Shown: piece after piece, positions 49,518-62,789 of the stretch
Layout of the letters: each line of letters begins with the position of its first letter
How positions within the stretch are numbered: the stretch's first letter is position 1
Origin: Psilocybe cubensis
Lineage: Eukaryota
NCBI GenBank assembly: GCA_017499595.2
Contig: CM039007.1
Location: 2,294,001 to 2,358,000, forward strand
Direction: 5' to 3'
DNA length: 64,000 bases
Notes under the pieces: model-generated
Seen by the model: the letters and a program-made list of their open reading frames with translations, nothing else
Told to the model about the DNA's origin: nothing
Database searches by the model: none
Program-made: the position numbers and the translations under genes

Positions 49518-52500
49518 CTATGATACAGATCCCGACTCGTCCAGGACAGGCACTTCCTCATCAATAAAGTCGATGAAAAGGTTCTGAAGGACATAGCTTC
49601 CATGAGATTTAGCCACCAATTCCATCTGATACCTTCCTGGTTCGAACCGTCCCAATTCAAAGCTCTCCGATACTAATTCTTCTGTAAGGTCGTCCAGGGG
49701 TATAGAAATAAGCTTTTCGCCATTATGCCGCACATAAACTTCGGAGGCGTTTGCAAGAAGTTCCCCACAATGCAACAAGCGAATCTTGATGCTGGACGCG
49801 GTTGTGATATATACAAATATCTGCGCCAACGTTTCAGAGATTGTAAAATCACGAAGGGAAGCTTGCCATGGGCCTTCAGGGGTATGGAAAAACATAAAAG
49901 AATTGCCTGTTTGGAGATCCCACCATCGATCGCGATTGCGTTGAATAAACGCCGGCTGTTCGATTTTGCATCCATCAGGGCCACTGATATAAAGAAGATG
50001 CTCATTTTCGGGTATTGAATCGACCAGTTCTAGTGGAACACCTGTCACAGAGCGAGCGGTTTTATTTTTGATGACTTCAAGAATGATTTCGTTATTGCAA
50101 CCTTGTACACCGTACACAGTAGACGCATACAGCTTCGCAAGCTCCAGAGACGTTGTACCATGGAGATCCGCAAACCTACCGCACGTGGAGTTATAGGCGA
50201 TGGGGTATTGGTAGACGTTTTGAAGGTCTGAAGAGTAGACAGTATGCCTGATTCGTTCGATTTTTTCATCAATGACAAGTCGTTCATTGTTGCGGTGGGA
50301 ATCACAATTGAGCTGCTTCAATCGCTGCCTGACCTCCTTAACAAAACGAAACCGTGTTTGATGACTATCCGAGAAAAGAAAGGGCCATCCATCAGACGCC
50401 CTTTCCAGATAGGCTTTTAGGTCAGCGATTCCCGATGGTTTTTGTCCGTCTTCCTGGAGAGCGTCTCGCCACTCCCCCTCCATTAGTATCATACCATGAC
50501 TCCAAGCTCCTTGAGGATTGAAAATTCCCTGTTGATTCCACGGCCGTCCATATTCTTCAGCAAGTCCCTCAGCGCTGTTCATCTCTCTGTTCATCCTCTC
50601 GCGCGCCTGGTCTCTCTCTCTCTCCAACCGCTTCCGGCGCCCTATCGTAAACTGTGTCAAAGCCCACTCCCTCAAATGTTCTTGCTCCTGCTGGGCACAA
50701 AAAGCGACCATCTTGCCCCTGAGGACCTCCTCTAACTTGACTGATGCTTTAAGCACAGCCAATTCGCGTTTCAAACACTCCCATGCCCTCTGCAAATCCC
50801 ACTCCGTACCCTCCCACGTAATTTTTTCGCTGTCCAATTTCCACTGATGGTGAGGGAAATAATCCCAGGCTTCCATATGCAGTTGCTTCATATTCTTAAC
50901 AATCGAGTGGCCCAAATTGTCGATCAGCTCAGATTTGAGAGAATGCTCGTACCCTCGGTCGAGATACAGCTGGTCGCGCTCACTCAGAGGATACATAATC
51001 TGATTCGAGCTTCCCTTCGCTAATTCAACGCCACCTGGGAGAAGTGTCCAGTTCCATAGAAGAGTCGCTATAAGCAAAATGAGAAATACTTCCAATCGAA
51101 ATTATTTGTTACAATGACATTACCTGTCTGGTTGGTGCCGGTCTGGTTGAGAGCATGTACCAAGGACTTGTAATATTCTTCAAGCATATCAAAAAGTAAG
51201 GGGTCGTTGGATCGCCATGCATGACTTTTATAGTGTTCCGCATTGGCATCGGTAGTAGCCTCCATTTCGTTGGCGATATCACTGTAAGCTACAGTAACAT
51301 CGATGTAGTTGATCACACCATCTTTCGCAAGTAGCGTGATGGCAATCCTTTTGTTAGAGTCAAACGCAGTCATATACAGCCGCTGCTGTTGAATGGGTCG
51401 AGAGGCCGCAGTGAGTGTAAAGTACAAGGAAAGATTAGCCAGACTGTTGAATCTCTCAACAGGTCCAGTGTAAGGTAAAATCCATTCCAAAAACTGTCGT
51501 TCAGGCATCAATGGCAAGGTTTTTTTGATCCCCTGAGACTCTATAACCTCGACGCTGTTTTCAGTAGTGACCATCGGGTGTCCCTCAGTCAGGTCCAGGT
51601 TTACCATGACGCCCGTGTCTTCGTCCCAGGTTGGATTCCATGCCCAAACAAGAATTCGGATAACAGATAGCGCAGCCTCCAGTCCAAGCCATATAAGCGG
51701 GCCGTTATCTTGACTATTGCTGACAAGCGTGAAGCAGCCGACATACCCTACCACCGTAGCCGGCAGGGATATACATAGGACGATCCAAGAGATCAGAAAA
51801 AATATACGATCCAAAGCGGCAGTAGGAAAGTGTTTGTTGCGTAACGCTGTTAAATGTTCTTTCAAATGTCCCAGGTTGGAAAAAGAAGGAGACTGCATTC
51901 CGATGGACACATGCTTTGACGGTTCCATGGGAATGTTTGCTGATTGGTCTGGAATCTCGTTAATTGGACTTGACACAAACGCGAGACCGTCCGGGTGCGG
52001 TTGACCTTTTGGCTCATAGTACATATCCTGCGGAAATAATGTCGAGTCGCAGTATAAGCCATCGTTTGGATTCTCTGATTTAGGCGGCTCTTCTAGTCCT
52101 AAACTACAGCTTGCTGTTTCTTCGGGACATTTCAACTTCGGTTCTACTGGGTCTGGGCATGATTCGTCTAGATTTGTTCGTTTGCCTTCATCCGATGACT
52201 CTGAAGGGCAATTCAATGGATTATTGAGGAACAGCTCAAGCCTCCATAGACTTTGCTCGGCAGGAAGGGTCAGATCCCACATCAGGTTTTCATCTTTGGC
52301 AAGGATCTGTTCGGCATAACTGTGGTTCATCTTGAGTTCATTAACGAGAACGCGGTGCATTGCGATGAAAATGATACGATTCTTCATAAGAGATATGACA
52401 CGAGCTTGCATAAGAAACTGGCAACAAACAGCCGCCACAGAGCTGCCAATTGTCCGCAGTAACGGGAAGATCCATGGCGTGCGTATTAGCGATGGTTGAC

Positions 52501-53029
52501 TATCTCGCACGATTAGAGCAATGTACGGTGTAACCCCTAAAATGGCAGCACAAAAAGAAAACAAAAGAAGCCAAATGTTCCAAATTTGTGATTTCCAGGC
52601 GACCATCAGCTTTTCCGCGTTTTTGAGCTGCTTTTCTTGGAGTATATCGATGATCCGTGTCTCCGCCTGGTAGCGTCCTCCGTCCATTGCAATGAGATTT
52701 GCGACATCGCCCACGGGTTTAAAACCGGCATTATTAAGCATCCTAGACCCTAACCATAGCTCTGGCGAGAACTTGACACGCAACATGGGCAAAGAGATCG
52801 AAAATTTTGGGATGGATATACTGGATACAAGGGTAGATATTCCGGCTTTGACGATGCCAAGACTCCCAAAGATCGATAATGGTGCTCCTGCCGCGTAGAG
52901 ATACCCTCCCGCAAGGGCTGATCCGACGTGGTGCTCGCATTGCTCAGTTCCGAGGAGAGGTAACAGTCCTGCAACGTCTTGAATACCTCCAGTCAATGTT
53001 CTTCCAACATCTTGAACCGAATCAGACAT
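49518..53029 (-). CDS. Large uncharacterised membrane protein (~1151 aa), 'GIQD..LLPLLGTEQCE' family
   Basis: The 653-aa and 525-aa ORFs are joined in frame by a 56-nt intron at 51068-51123 (GTAATG...TTATAG), giving ...NQTATLLWNW... Hydrophobic segments in the N-terminal half; charged helical region and beta-rich end in the C-terminal half. Confidence 0.8.
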
Positions 53030-54940
53030 CTAGAACAGTAGATTAAAACGGAATAATTCCTTAGAGTAAGGATCGAATAGCCTACTGGTAATGTTTCAAA
53101 AAAAAACGTCGGTCTTGAACACACGCGGTGGTCCCATGTAGCCGGTTATATAGCGGATGGCCACCACTTGTCCAAACAAAGCAAGCCAACGGTGAGGCTG
53201 TTTCGAGAGATGTCAATGAAAACCGGGACTCCCGGACAGTACCTGCTAAGATTAGAATTGAGCAATATGCAAGGGTAGATGTAAAGATGTTTCTACCACG
53301 TTGCTTTGAGCATGAAATTGAAGCCGTTTCCAAAGAGCACAGCATGCGACCCGAAGCCACTAACTCTCGGTCTGAAAACCAACTGTTTACAAGCTGTACA
53401 CAGGTTTGATACATTCCTCATGATGGTAGCCTTGTTATGTAAGTAATTTGTTTCGTTGCATGCTTCGCGTTCCAACTGCTACCACAAGGGCGGGGCAATG
53501 TGGTTTATCCGTGTGCTTCAAAATGCACAGTGTGCTGCATGGATAAGTTCTGAGAAATAACAGCTTCTTCCATAAGTGTGGTGCAGCATTAGGCGGTGTT
53601 GTGAGAGAGAGCAGGAAGCGACAGAGCGGTAGTTATTCAACGACAATGAGCTCCTGAGTGCGAACGATTTGTGGTTATGGTTCTCAGCGGACATTGAAGC
53701 TGAGATCAAACTCTATGTAAATGAATCATTCGAGCCGTCGGCAACGCGCCATTCAAAAAAGAAACTCGTTGACTTTATGAAGGCTCATCACCTTCCACTG
53801 AGTCGTAGTTTTGTGAACCCGGAAATGAGAAGCCCAGATACAGTGATAATCTGACAGAGATTAATTCCGTTCGGAGCGATGGGAATATCTATGGAGGCAT
53901 GCCAATTGTACGCCAGTAGGAAATATTTGTCCGTCCATAATGCTTAGTGGTCTTTTGTTTCTTAAGCCATGCTTCAGATCGTGGTATGGGACACTCCCCA
54001 TCTATGCATCAGGATTTGATCCATTGATTTGGCTATTTTTTAGCTCCTTTCTTCCCCTACTGGAGCTTAGCTTCAGCAATGTTACCAGTCAATCATGGGG
54101 GCACTGGACTAGAAGTCGAAATTGGAACCGTGACAAGGAGAGGAGCAAGAAATCTCGCTTCATAGTATCAGTGATTATGCACGCCTATAATCATGAACGC
54201 TTCCATGATTGGAGTCCAAGATAGACCTGCTGACTCTTTCTTCGTACTAGCTCGAAAAGCAGAACGGAAAACCCTCCTAAACTTCAGTATAATTAAACAT
54301 TAGGAATCAACCTTGGGAATCTTTCTACCGCAAGCAATTGTAGCACTCAATTGAATTGGACTTTAAGTAGATGGTTTCGATTTTTCATGGATGTTCCTGA
54401 CAGGCCACTTTCAGTTCCGTATTGAACAATCACGCATGTATTGAAGCTACTAGTATTGGCGAGTCTGCACACAAAAATGCTGTTATTTCTCTTGCCTTTT
54501 CGCATTAACTGGAGCGTCGGAAATGAAATTCGGATGCAGTATGACGCAGTTAGATAGAGGAGCACATGTCACGGTACATATATACACGCCGCGATAAGTT
54601 CTGGAGAGTGGTGACAGTGATAGCGATAGTAAACAACTAGGTTACATACACAGCAGTACAGCGACTAAGTTATGATAGTGTGAAGCAGAGAGGGGGAGGA
54701 AAATCGAAAGAGGTATTACAACAAAAAGCAAAAAAAGAAAGGAAGTCAGGAAAAATACAAGATTAGTCCAGGTAGTAGTGCCGGAACACTGGGACGAAGT
54801 AGGGTGAGAAGCGGAGGTTAAGAAGTGGAAGGGGTATTGAGGACCGAGGTTGTGTCTGGGGCGGCCAAGACGTCATCTGATAACCAAACCCGAGTTAGTC
54901 GTCACCCATACCAATATCCCAATTCAATCCAACAGCCGAC

Positions 54941-55994
54941 TTAACGAGAGGACACCTCGTCCTCATCGTCAGAATAGGGCGAGACACATATGGCACGATA
55001 GGATGCCTCCCGCCGCCTGTTGGCATATCTCTTACTCAAGGATGATTCTGCAGGCGGAGTGTTCTCGCCCCCATCGTCAATCGGTTGCGGCATGACGGCA
55101 AGCACCAGCCGGAACGCGTCCTTCCCATTTAGATAAAACCGGTACAGCCGTTTTTCGCGGATGAACCCCAGGGATTCGTAGAGCGAGAGTGCGGCGAAGT
55201 TGTCGTATTCAGTTTCGAGAACGACCTGTATGAAATGGATAGAGGAGTGACAAAAGAGGGAACGTGGGTGAAGAAGCAGGGAAAACATATGAATAAGTAC
55301 GATTGGACGTGGCACGGCAAGATACGAAACGAAAAGTTGGCGCGACGCAAATGAAACGGAAGAACGAATAAATGGATGTTCAAAAGGAACAGGATTACTA
55401 ACCTCATCGACACCATCCTGCTTCATTGCTTGAATTGAACTTTGAACGAGCGAGCTAGCTAGAATATCCCAAAGGAACACCCAAAGGGAGAGAGAAAAAA
55501 AAAAGTAGAGTCCGCACCAAAGGTGGTTTTCCCATAATCTAAGATTTCCTGTGAGGACGAAGAAGAGGGGGGAAGCGTATACTAACCTATACCACGTTTC
55601 CTCCACTTCTTATCAACACTGAGCATTGCGATGTATCCTCTGTTTGCAAGATCGTTGTGGATACTCTGCTTGCACACAATGACTCCTACCGGCGCGGCGT
55701 CGACGGAATCGGCTGGGTATGCCTATGAAGAAAAGGTGAATAACCTAGAGGTATAGCGTATAACATAGGAAATACATACCAGATATGAAAGATGAGGCCT
55801 ACCGACGCGATAATCGGGTCAGAATTACCAATTGAAAGTGATCACACGACGCGAAGAGCTTACCACTGATGCAAGAAATAGCGGAATGTGTATATGACGT
55901 AGGGCTCGCTGAGCTCGCTCTGTACCAAGGCCATGATATGTGGTAGATCCGACTCGCCTTGATACTGGCGATAGAGTATAGGACTGGAAGCCAT
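54941..55994 (-). CDS. MAK3: N-terminal acetyltransferase C catalytic subunit (NAA30/Mak3)
   Basis: Motifs [27 protein letters not shown]...[16 protein letters not shown] and [21 protein letters not shown]. Confidence 0.93.
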
Positions 55995-56141
55995 GAGATA
56001 TGTGTACGGAGGATGGTGGTTGTAAGAGGAGAAGAAGCGAATTACCGAGCTGTCACACTTATACCACCGCGCGGTCACACCCTTTCCCCATAATTGATTT
56101 CATTAATGTAAGTAGTAGATACAGACGATCTAGCCAATGGC

Positions 56142-58481
56142 TCATGCATTAACGGTATCGACACGGGCATTACCCTTCTTCTCGAAGTTATCCCCGCTGA
56201 AGGACCCGCTCGCAGAGTCTGATGACGGCACTTCGATGTTTGCCACAGGCCCCGTAAACCAGTGAACACCGCCCACCACAGGGAAATAGTAATACACCAA
56301 CGAAAGCACCATCACACCTCCAAAGACCGCCACAGTGTAATTCATGTCCTCTACACTCGTCGTAGGTGTAGTGGGAAATAGGAACACAACGCTCATGAAC
56401 GTCATGAACACCACGGCGATAATGGCTATGGGGAGACTCTGCCAACATGTACGAATTAGATCCGAAAACTTTGGGGCAACCTATTCGGACCCACCAGAAC
56501 GCCGCAATAGAAGGGACCGGGTTTGAAGTTATTTTCAAATATGAACCGAGCAGCGATAGGAACTGCATAGGCATAATAAAGGCCAACCACGGATAAAGCG
56601 AATACAGCATTGATAGCTTGGTCACCTGCAAATACGAGGAGACCTAGGGCAAGAGACAATATGGCATCGTACCACACAGTGTTGACAGGAGTCTTGGTGA
56701 AGCTATTCATTCTATATAACCATCCAGAAAACGGAAGTGCTGGAGAAGTTGTTAGATGAACGGAAGCACAAAATCGGAACTTGGAAGATGCCAACCTGAA
56801 TCGCGGCTGAAAGCAAATGTCTGACGGCTCGCAGCCAATAGCTAAAGCCCGCATTAAATTAGCACGATGTCGAATTGAATATCACGTACCATGCTGGAGC
56901 CCATCATATACTGCACGATGACAACGAGAGACCAAATTGCAAGAGTGGGTTTCTCTCCAAAGCTATTGAAGAATATTTGTGCCATAGGTTGGTCGCTATC
57001 GATGAGAGACTCCAAATCAGACCCCATGCAGAACGCCAACGACATATTAATGGCTATGTAACTTTATTAGACTTATCAAAAAATAAACTTTACCATTATA
57101 AACTTACCCCATCCCAAGACACCCGCAATTCCAATTGCATTAACTATCGCCCACGGAACAGCAGTAGCGGCGTTAGATGCTTCTTCGCTGATATGCACAC
57201 TGGAGTCAAAGGAACAGATAGTCCACAAAGGAGCTAGGAAGCTTAGGATAAAAGCGTAGCCATCTGGCCATCCGTTACCTAGAAGACGGCGACGATTGTG
57301 AGTATCTGAAAGTGGAACATGATATACATTTACATACTGTTAAAGAAATCACCCAGAGCGAACTTCGCCGAGTTTTTGAATTCATGAGGGGTAGAAGCAG
57401 GAAGTGCAACGATGATGGCGAGACATAACCTAGGAGACCCTCGTATCAGAAAATCCAGTAAAATCTCGCAAAGGTCACTCACAAAACATTAAGAACAACA
57501 TAAACCGTCTGAAGTCGAGCCAACACGGCTGTTCCGAGGCAGCATATGACAGCATGAGAAAGCACAATGGCAGCATAGACACCACTATATCAAGCATTCC
57601 AACAACGCTGTAAACGACATACCAGCCCAGTATATGAACGAAATTGCTCACAAGAGTTGTGCCGATGTTGGAGTGAACGTCCCCCCTGACCCAATTGTTG
57701 CCGCCGCCATAACCTGCACTGCACAACCCCAATCAATTGATGCAACAGATGCGATAGATCCTATCGTATTGGCATCTATTATAAAATATAACGATGATCA
57801 ACATTTGTTTAAAAGGTAAACGCCTATCTTGACGAGCAGGCAAAAACCACGCACATCCAACCGACCAACACAAAATATTCCTCCACCGTGGAGATGACAG
57901 AGAGTAAGTCCAAAAGTATAGCTTTCGTATTCGAGATGATCCAAAAGATGAAATATTGTAAGAAAGTGGAAATGAAGTCATTCAGCGCTAAGTTTGGGAA
58001 ATTTTAGATAAATGGAGTGAGCTCACCCCACCAGAGGTTGGAGCTGCTGACGCTAGCTCCGCCATAGATATGCCCACGAATAGAATGAATATGCTAGCCA
58101 CCAGCCACTAAAAATTGACAATGGTTTACATTCCACTCCTTTATGGATCGCAGATACTTCAGACACACTTACCCCCCAGACCATTGCTGGTCCCCCTCCG
58201 TTAGGTATCGCATAGAATAACACTGACGCTATAGACGGCAGGAGCCCAATAATCGAGAATGCAATTCCGAAAACCTATTTCGCAGTTCGCAGAAAATAAT
58301 TATTATCAGCATGATTCGAACCTCGTATGACCACCATTTCAACAATTACCTCTAGCGGTTTGAAAGCCCTTTTGAACTCCTGCTTGTACCCCAGCGTCGC
58401 CAAAAGTGCTTCGTCCTTCTGCCTGATTTCTTCTTTTCTAGACATGCGCTTCGTCGTTCCAGAAACAAAGCCATCCGCCAT
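56142..58481 (-). CDS. APC-superfamily amino acid/GABA/choline permease, copy 1
   Basis: Motifs LGYKQEFKRAF, PNGGGPAMVWGW, AELASAAPTSGGLYFW, FDSSVHISEEASNA, AFSRD and MNYTVAV. Confidence 0.92.
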
Positions 58482-59661
58482 GGTGGAAGTAGAGGTACAA
58501 GAACGTGCGGTGTATCCGAATGCGATGGCGTGGAACCAAGTCAAGTTTACTCCAATGGAGGTTCAAACTAGCTATTCCCACCTGTAGATTGATTGATACC
58601 AACGGAGTTCGTGAGCTGTTGCAGATAAGCACCATGGAGCCAATTATATCCCACAAGTGCTTTAAATATACATAAAGACGTACCTCGGGGCCACCTATTG
58701 ACGTCTGAGAATGAGAATACTCGCCAGACATTGACAGGCGGAAAAACCAGAGCCCCGGCCTTCAGGACGGTAGGGGCGGTTAAAGAAAAAGGGGATACCA
58801 AGGTAGCGACGATATAGAAATTGATAGGAAGTTATATGCCAGAGATAATGTCAAGAGCACTGAGCAGACACCACCAAACCCCTGTTCCTAGGCCCCATCG
58901 TCGGCGTGAACAGTAGCTAGTGATATGAATATCCGGAGTTTTCTGTTCAGGATGTGGATTCTCAAACTTTGAAAAGATTCTTAGCAGTGCTCACAGGCGA
59001 GTCAAGATATGAGGCACGCATGTGGGTGTGCATGTGGTGCACAACTAAGTTGGTTTCAACGGATGGAGGTGGTGAGAAGATCGATGTCAGCAAACATCCA
59101 AGATCACGTGATTGATCTATATATAGGTCAACTCATCGGCATTGGCCGAAAGATTTGCCCAAGTTCGTTGCTTGACACGGAGAGTACCAATTAACCAGAT
59201 CTCAGAAGCGCGTATCAGGATAGACTGTCAAATCCTTGACCTAATCAAGCTACTCTTGAGCTATGAAATGGCGCGCTCATTTTCGAGGATTGCAATGTAC
59301 TGCAATCGAAGCTTCTCAGTGGGCGTTGAGCGCTGGCCAAGAGCTCGACGGCGTTTCAAGCGGCTGACCCCAGCGCAACCTATGAATTTCCTGCAGAGAT
59401 TTGCCGGGTGTAACAGATTTGAACACGCTTCACTTCCAAAAATTAACCCACACGTGTGTAGCATGCAACTTGGGTATCAGGTTAGACACGCAAAGTTGCT
59501 CAACTTCATCCAGGTTTCAAATCGAAACAATTAATTTCTACCTTTGATCATGGAGCTACTTCTGGATATTTAAACACAAACTCCACGAAGTACTACTTGT
59601 GTAGTTTATTTGCGATACATGAGCCATTTAACGTAAATGAATAGGTTCCAATCGGTCAGGT

Positions 59662-61934
59662 TTATGAATTAATTACTTCAACAGTCTGCATGGTCCCACC
59701 CTTCTTTTCTTCGTCAAAGGACCCAGTGCTCCCAGAGTCCGGCAGAGATCCAACATTAGCTCTGGGACCGGTAAACCAATTTATGCCTCCAAAAACAGGG
59801 AAGTAGTAATAGATCAGACATAGAACCATTACTCCCCCAAAGAAAGCAACCGCATAGTTCATTTCCCCCACGTTCGTTTGCGGTGTAGTTGGGAACAAGA
59901 AAACGATGATCATAAAGGTCATAAAAATTATAGCAGTCACGGATATTGGCACGCTCTAAAATAAATTGAGTAAGACGAAAAATAATTTGAAGACGATCAA
60001 GTTTGCATTGGTAACTTACCAAAATCCCGCAATAGAAGGGCCCGGGTTTAAAATTATTCTTACCCAAAAATCGAGCGCAAATTGGCACAGTAAATGCATA
60101 ATATAGGGCGATTACCCCTAAGGAAAATAACGCGTTCGTTGCCTGAGAGCCTGCAAATGCGAGTAATCCAAGAGCAATGGCAGATCCAGCAGCAAAAAGC
60201 ACCGTATTTACTGGAGCTTTGGTATATCCATTCACTCGATACAGCCATTTAGAGAATGGAAGGGCTACAGAAATCCAAGTTTAGATGATGTAAACCTGCT
60301 CAAGGGAATGACATACCGGAGTCCCGACTGAAAGCAAAGGTCTGACGACTCGCAGATAGAAGCTATATAGGCCGTTAGTCAATTTCACGGTACCTCTACA
60401 GAGATATTTTACGCACCATGCTTGTACCCATCATATATTGAACGATCACAACAAACGACCAAATGACGAGAGTCGTTTTGTGACCGAAGCTATTGAAAAA
60501 AATGGCTGCCATCGGTTGATCGCTATTGACGAGGCTCAACAAATCACGTCCCATGCAAAAAGCCAAAGACATATTGATAGCTTAACGGAGGTCAGCTATG
60601 AGCAAATTTAAATTAAGAGAAGTGATAATACCCCATCCGAGTATGCCTGAAATTGCAATCGCAGAGACAATTGCCCAAGGAACTGCAATTGCAGCATTAG
60701 ATGCCTCTTCGCTGATATGTACTGCGGAGTCGAATCCACCTAAAAGCATTGTTCATATAACCACAGGTCCCTTGTAAATTTTTTATGCATACCGATTGTC
60801 CATAACGGCGCCATAAAGCTGAGAATAAACGCAAACCCATTAGGATAACCATGAACTATAACACGCCCAAATTATTAGGTTGATGATTTGAATAACCGCC
60901 GTGAACACGTACGATTGGAGAAATCCCAAAGCGCCGTCTTTGCAGGGTTTCTAAATTCAGTAGGAGTGGCTGCTGGCAGGCCAATAATAATTGCAAGGCA
61001 TAACCTATTCGTAAATTTCACGATGAGTGATCCCCACATGAAGTCACATTACTTTCACTTACAGGATATTGAGAACGATGTAGAGATTTTGTAGGCGAGC
61101 TAATAAAGTTGTCCCGAAGCAGCAAATAACAGCGTGGGATACCGTTATGGCTGCGTACAAGCCACTGTCATAGACGGTCAAAACCCAATGTGTATTGGCA
61201 ATGTAATTTACTTACAAGAGCTGTGCGGGAGTCGCAGTAAATGTGCCGTTAGATCCAATGGAAGCGGCAGCCATGATTTGTACGGAACATCCCCAATTAA
61301 TCCCAGCAACTCCTGATATATTGCCCAACGTATTGGAGTCTATAACCAGTCGTCAACCTCTAGCATAATTCATTTTCTTGAAGCTAAATCACGTACAGCC
61401 CACCGTCCAACAGAGTACATTCTTCCATCTGGGAGAGGAGAGGGAATGGGTCCAGAAGTATAACTTCAAATGACATCAAAATTAATAAATTGCAGACGTC
61501 ATGAGGCAGACGCACTCCGCCAGAGGTAGGCGCCGCTGATGCGAGCTCTGCAATAGCGATTCCTATCAATACGACAAATAGACTAGCTACCATCCACTTT
61601 TGACGATTTTTAGGATTAGTGAGTCAAACATAATTACCACCATCACTTACCCCCCAGACCATGGCTGGACCACCTCCGTTGGGAATTGCAAAGAATAAAA
61701 CCGATGCCATGGATGGTAGTAGGCCTATAATTGAGAATGCGAGCCCGAACAGCTATCAAGGCCCTGTGGATTAGAAAACCTTTCAAATATTAATCAAAGA
61801 AGTACCTCGAAGGGCTTGAAAGTTCTTCTAAGCTCCTGCTTGTACCCTAGAGATGCCAGTAAAGCTTCATCCCTCTGCGTTGTATCATCTTTGAGTCCGG
61901 ATGCGCTTCCATTTACCACTGCAAGTGAGGGCAT
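59662..61934 (-). CDS. APC-superfamily amino acid/GABA/choline permease, copy 2
   Basis: Motifs LGYKQELRRTF, AELASAAPTSGG, GFDSAVHISEEASNA, FKPGPFYCG and MNYAVAF. Confidence 0.92.
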
Positions 61935-62789
61935 AGTAGGGGTCGTGTATCTTGGACCCTACTGTGAGACCGAGAGTCCGGCATTTTATCAACCCTCTAT
62001 ATAGTGGAAGGCCTTAAATTTGGCTTATTGGCTAGTCTATAAATGTTAACAGTGAGATAAGAAGCTCTTTTAAGAACTCCCAAAAACGAAAGATAAGGGT
62101 TATCCAGAAGTCCTGCTACTTCCACGCATAAACCATTAGGTTGCAGGTTGCACGGAGGCATTTAAGCGACCAAGTTTACATGTACAGCATCGTTCTAAAT
62201 TTTCTCAACTTCGTGTTACGGTCAACAAAAGATTTCAAAGGCAAGGATTTTGGTTGAATTGCTAAGGCGGTCCGACGCTGAGGTGGAGCGGAGGTTCCTG
62301 GAACTCTGTATTAGGCGGAAAGTTCAATAATTTTTGCGATGTATTGAGCGAATAAATACCTTGATATGCCCCAGGGTTGGCGGTTCTTTTCTGGGTTCGA
62401 TCAGTGCCTACTGAGAATCTCGCCCACAATAGCATGAACCATAACTTCTTTATAGAATCTCAGAGTCAGAAATTCGAGTATATCATCTCTCTATATGACA
62501 CACTCCACAGAGTCGATTCGCTGGCCAGGGGCGCCACACTTGCGCCAGGCTAACCGGTAATAAGTCATCGGAGTTTAGATGAGTTGCCAACGTACAATCT
62601 AACCTTCGTATCTGGAACCTCCCAAAACTCCTTGTAGCGCGCTTCGTTGCCCCATGATGATTTGATTTTTGCTCCAATGAAGATTCGAAGCTACATAAAA
62701 TCGTTACCCGCGAACACCACGGCCCGAATAGTAGTCACCAGACACGGGCAGGGCTATTATATGAATCTATGCCCTATTAATGATGAGTC

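Noticed and set aside
51068-51123. Apparent frameshift or programmed recoding between the 653-aa and 525-aa ORFs
   Set aside because: A canonical 56-nt GT-AG intron joins them in frame.
62370-62410. GGTTCGA T-loop-like motif suggesting a tRNA (similar motifs near 29090)
   Set aside because: No cloverleaf stems or A-box could be built around them.
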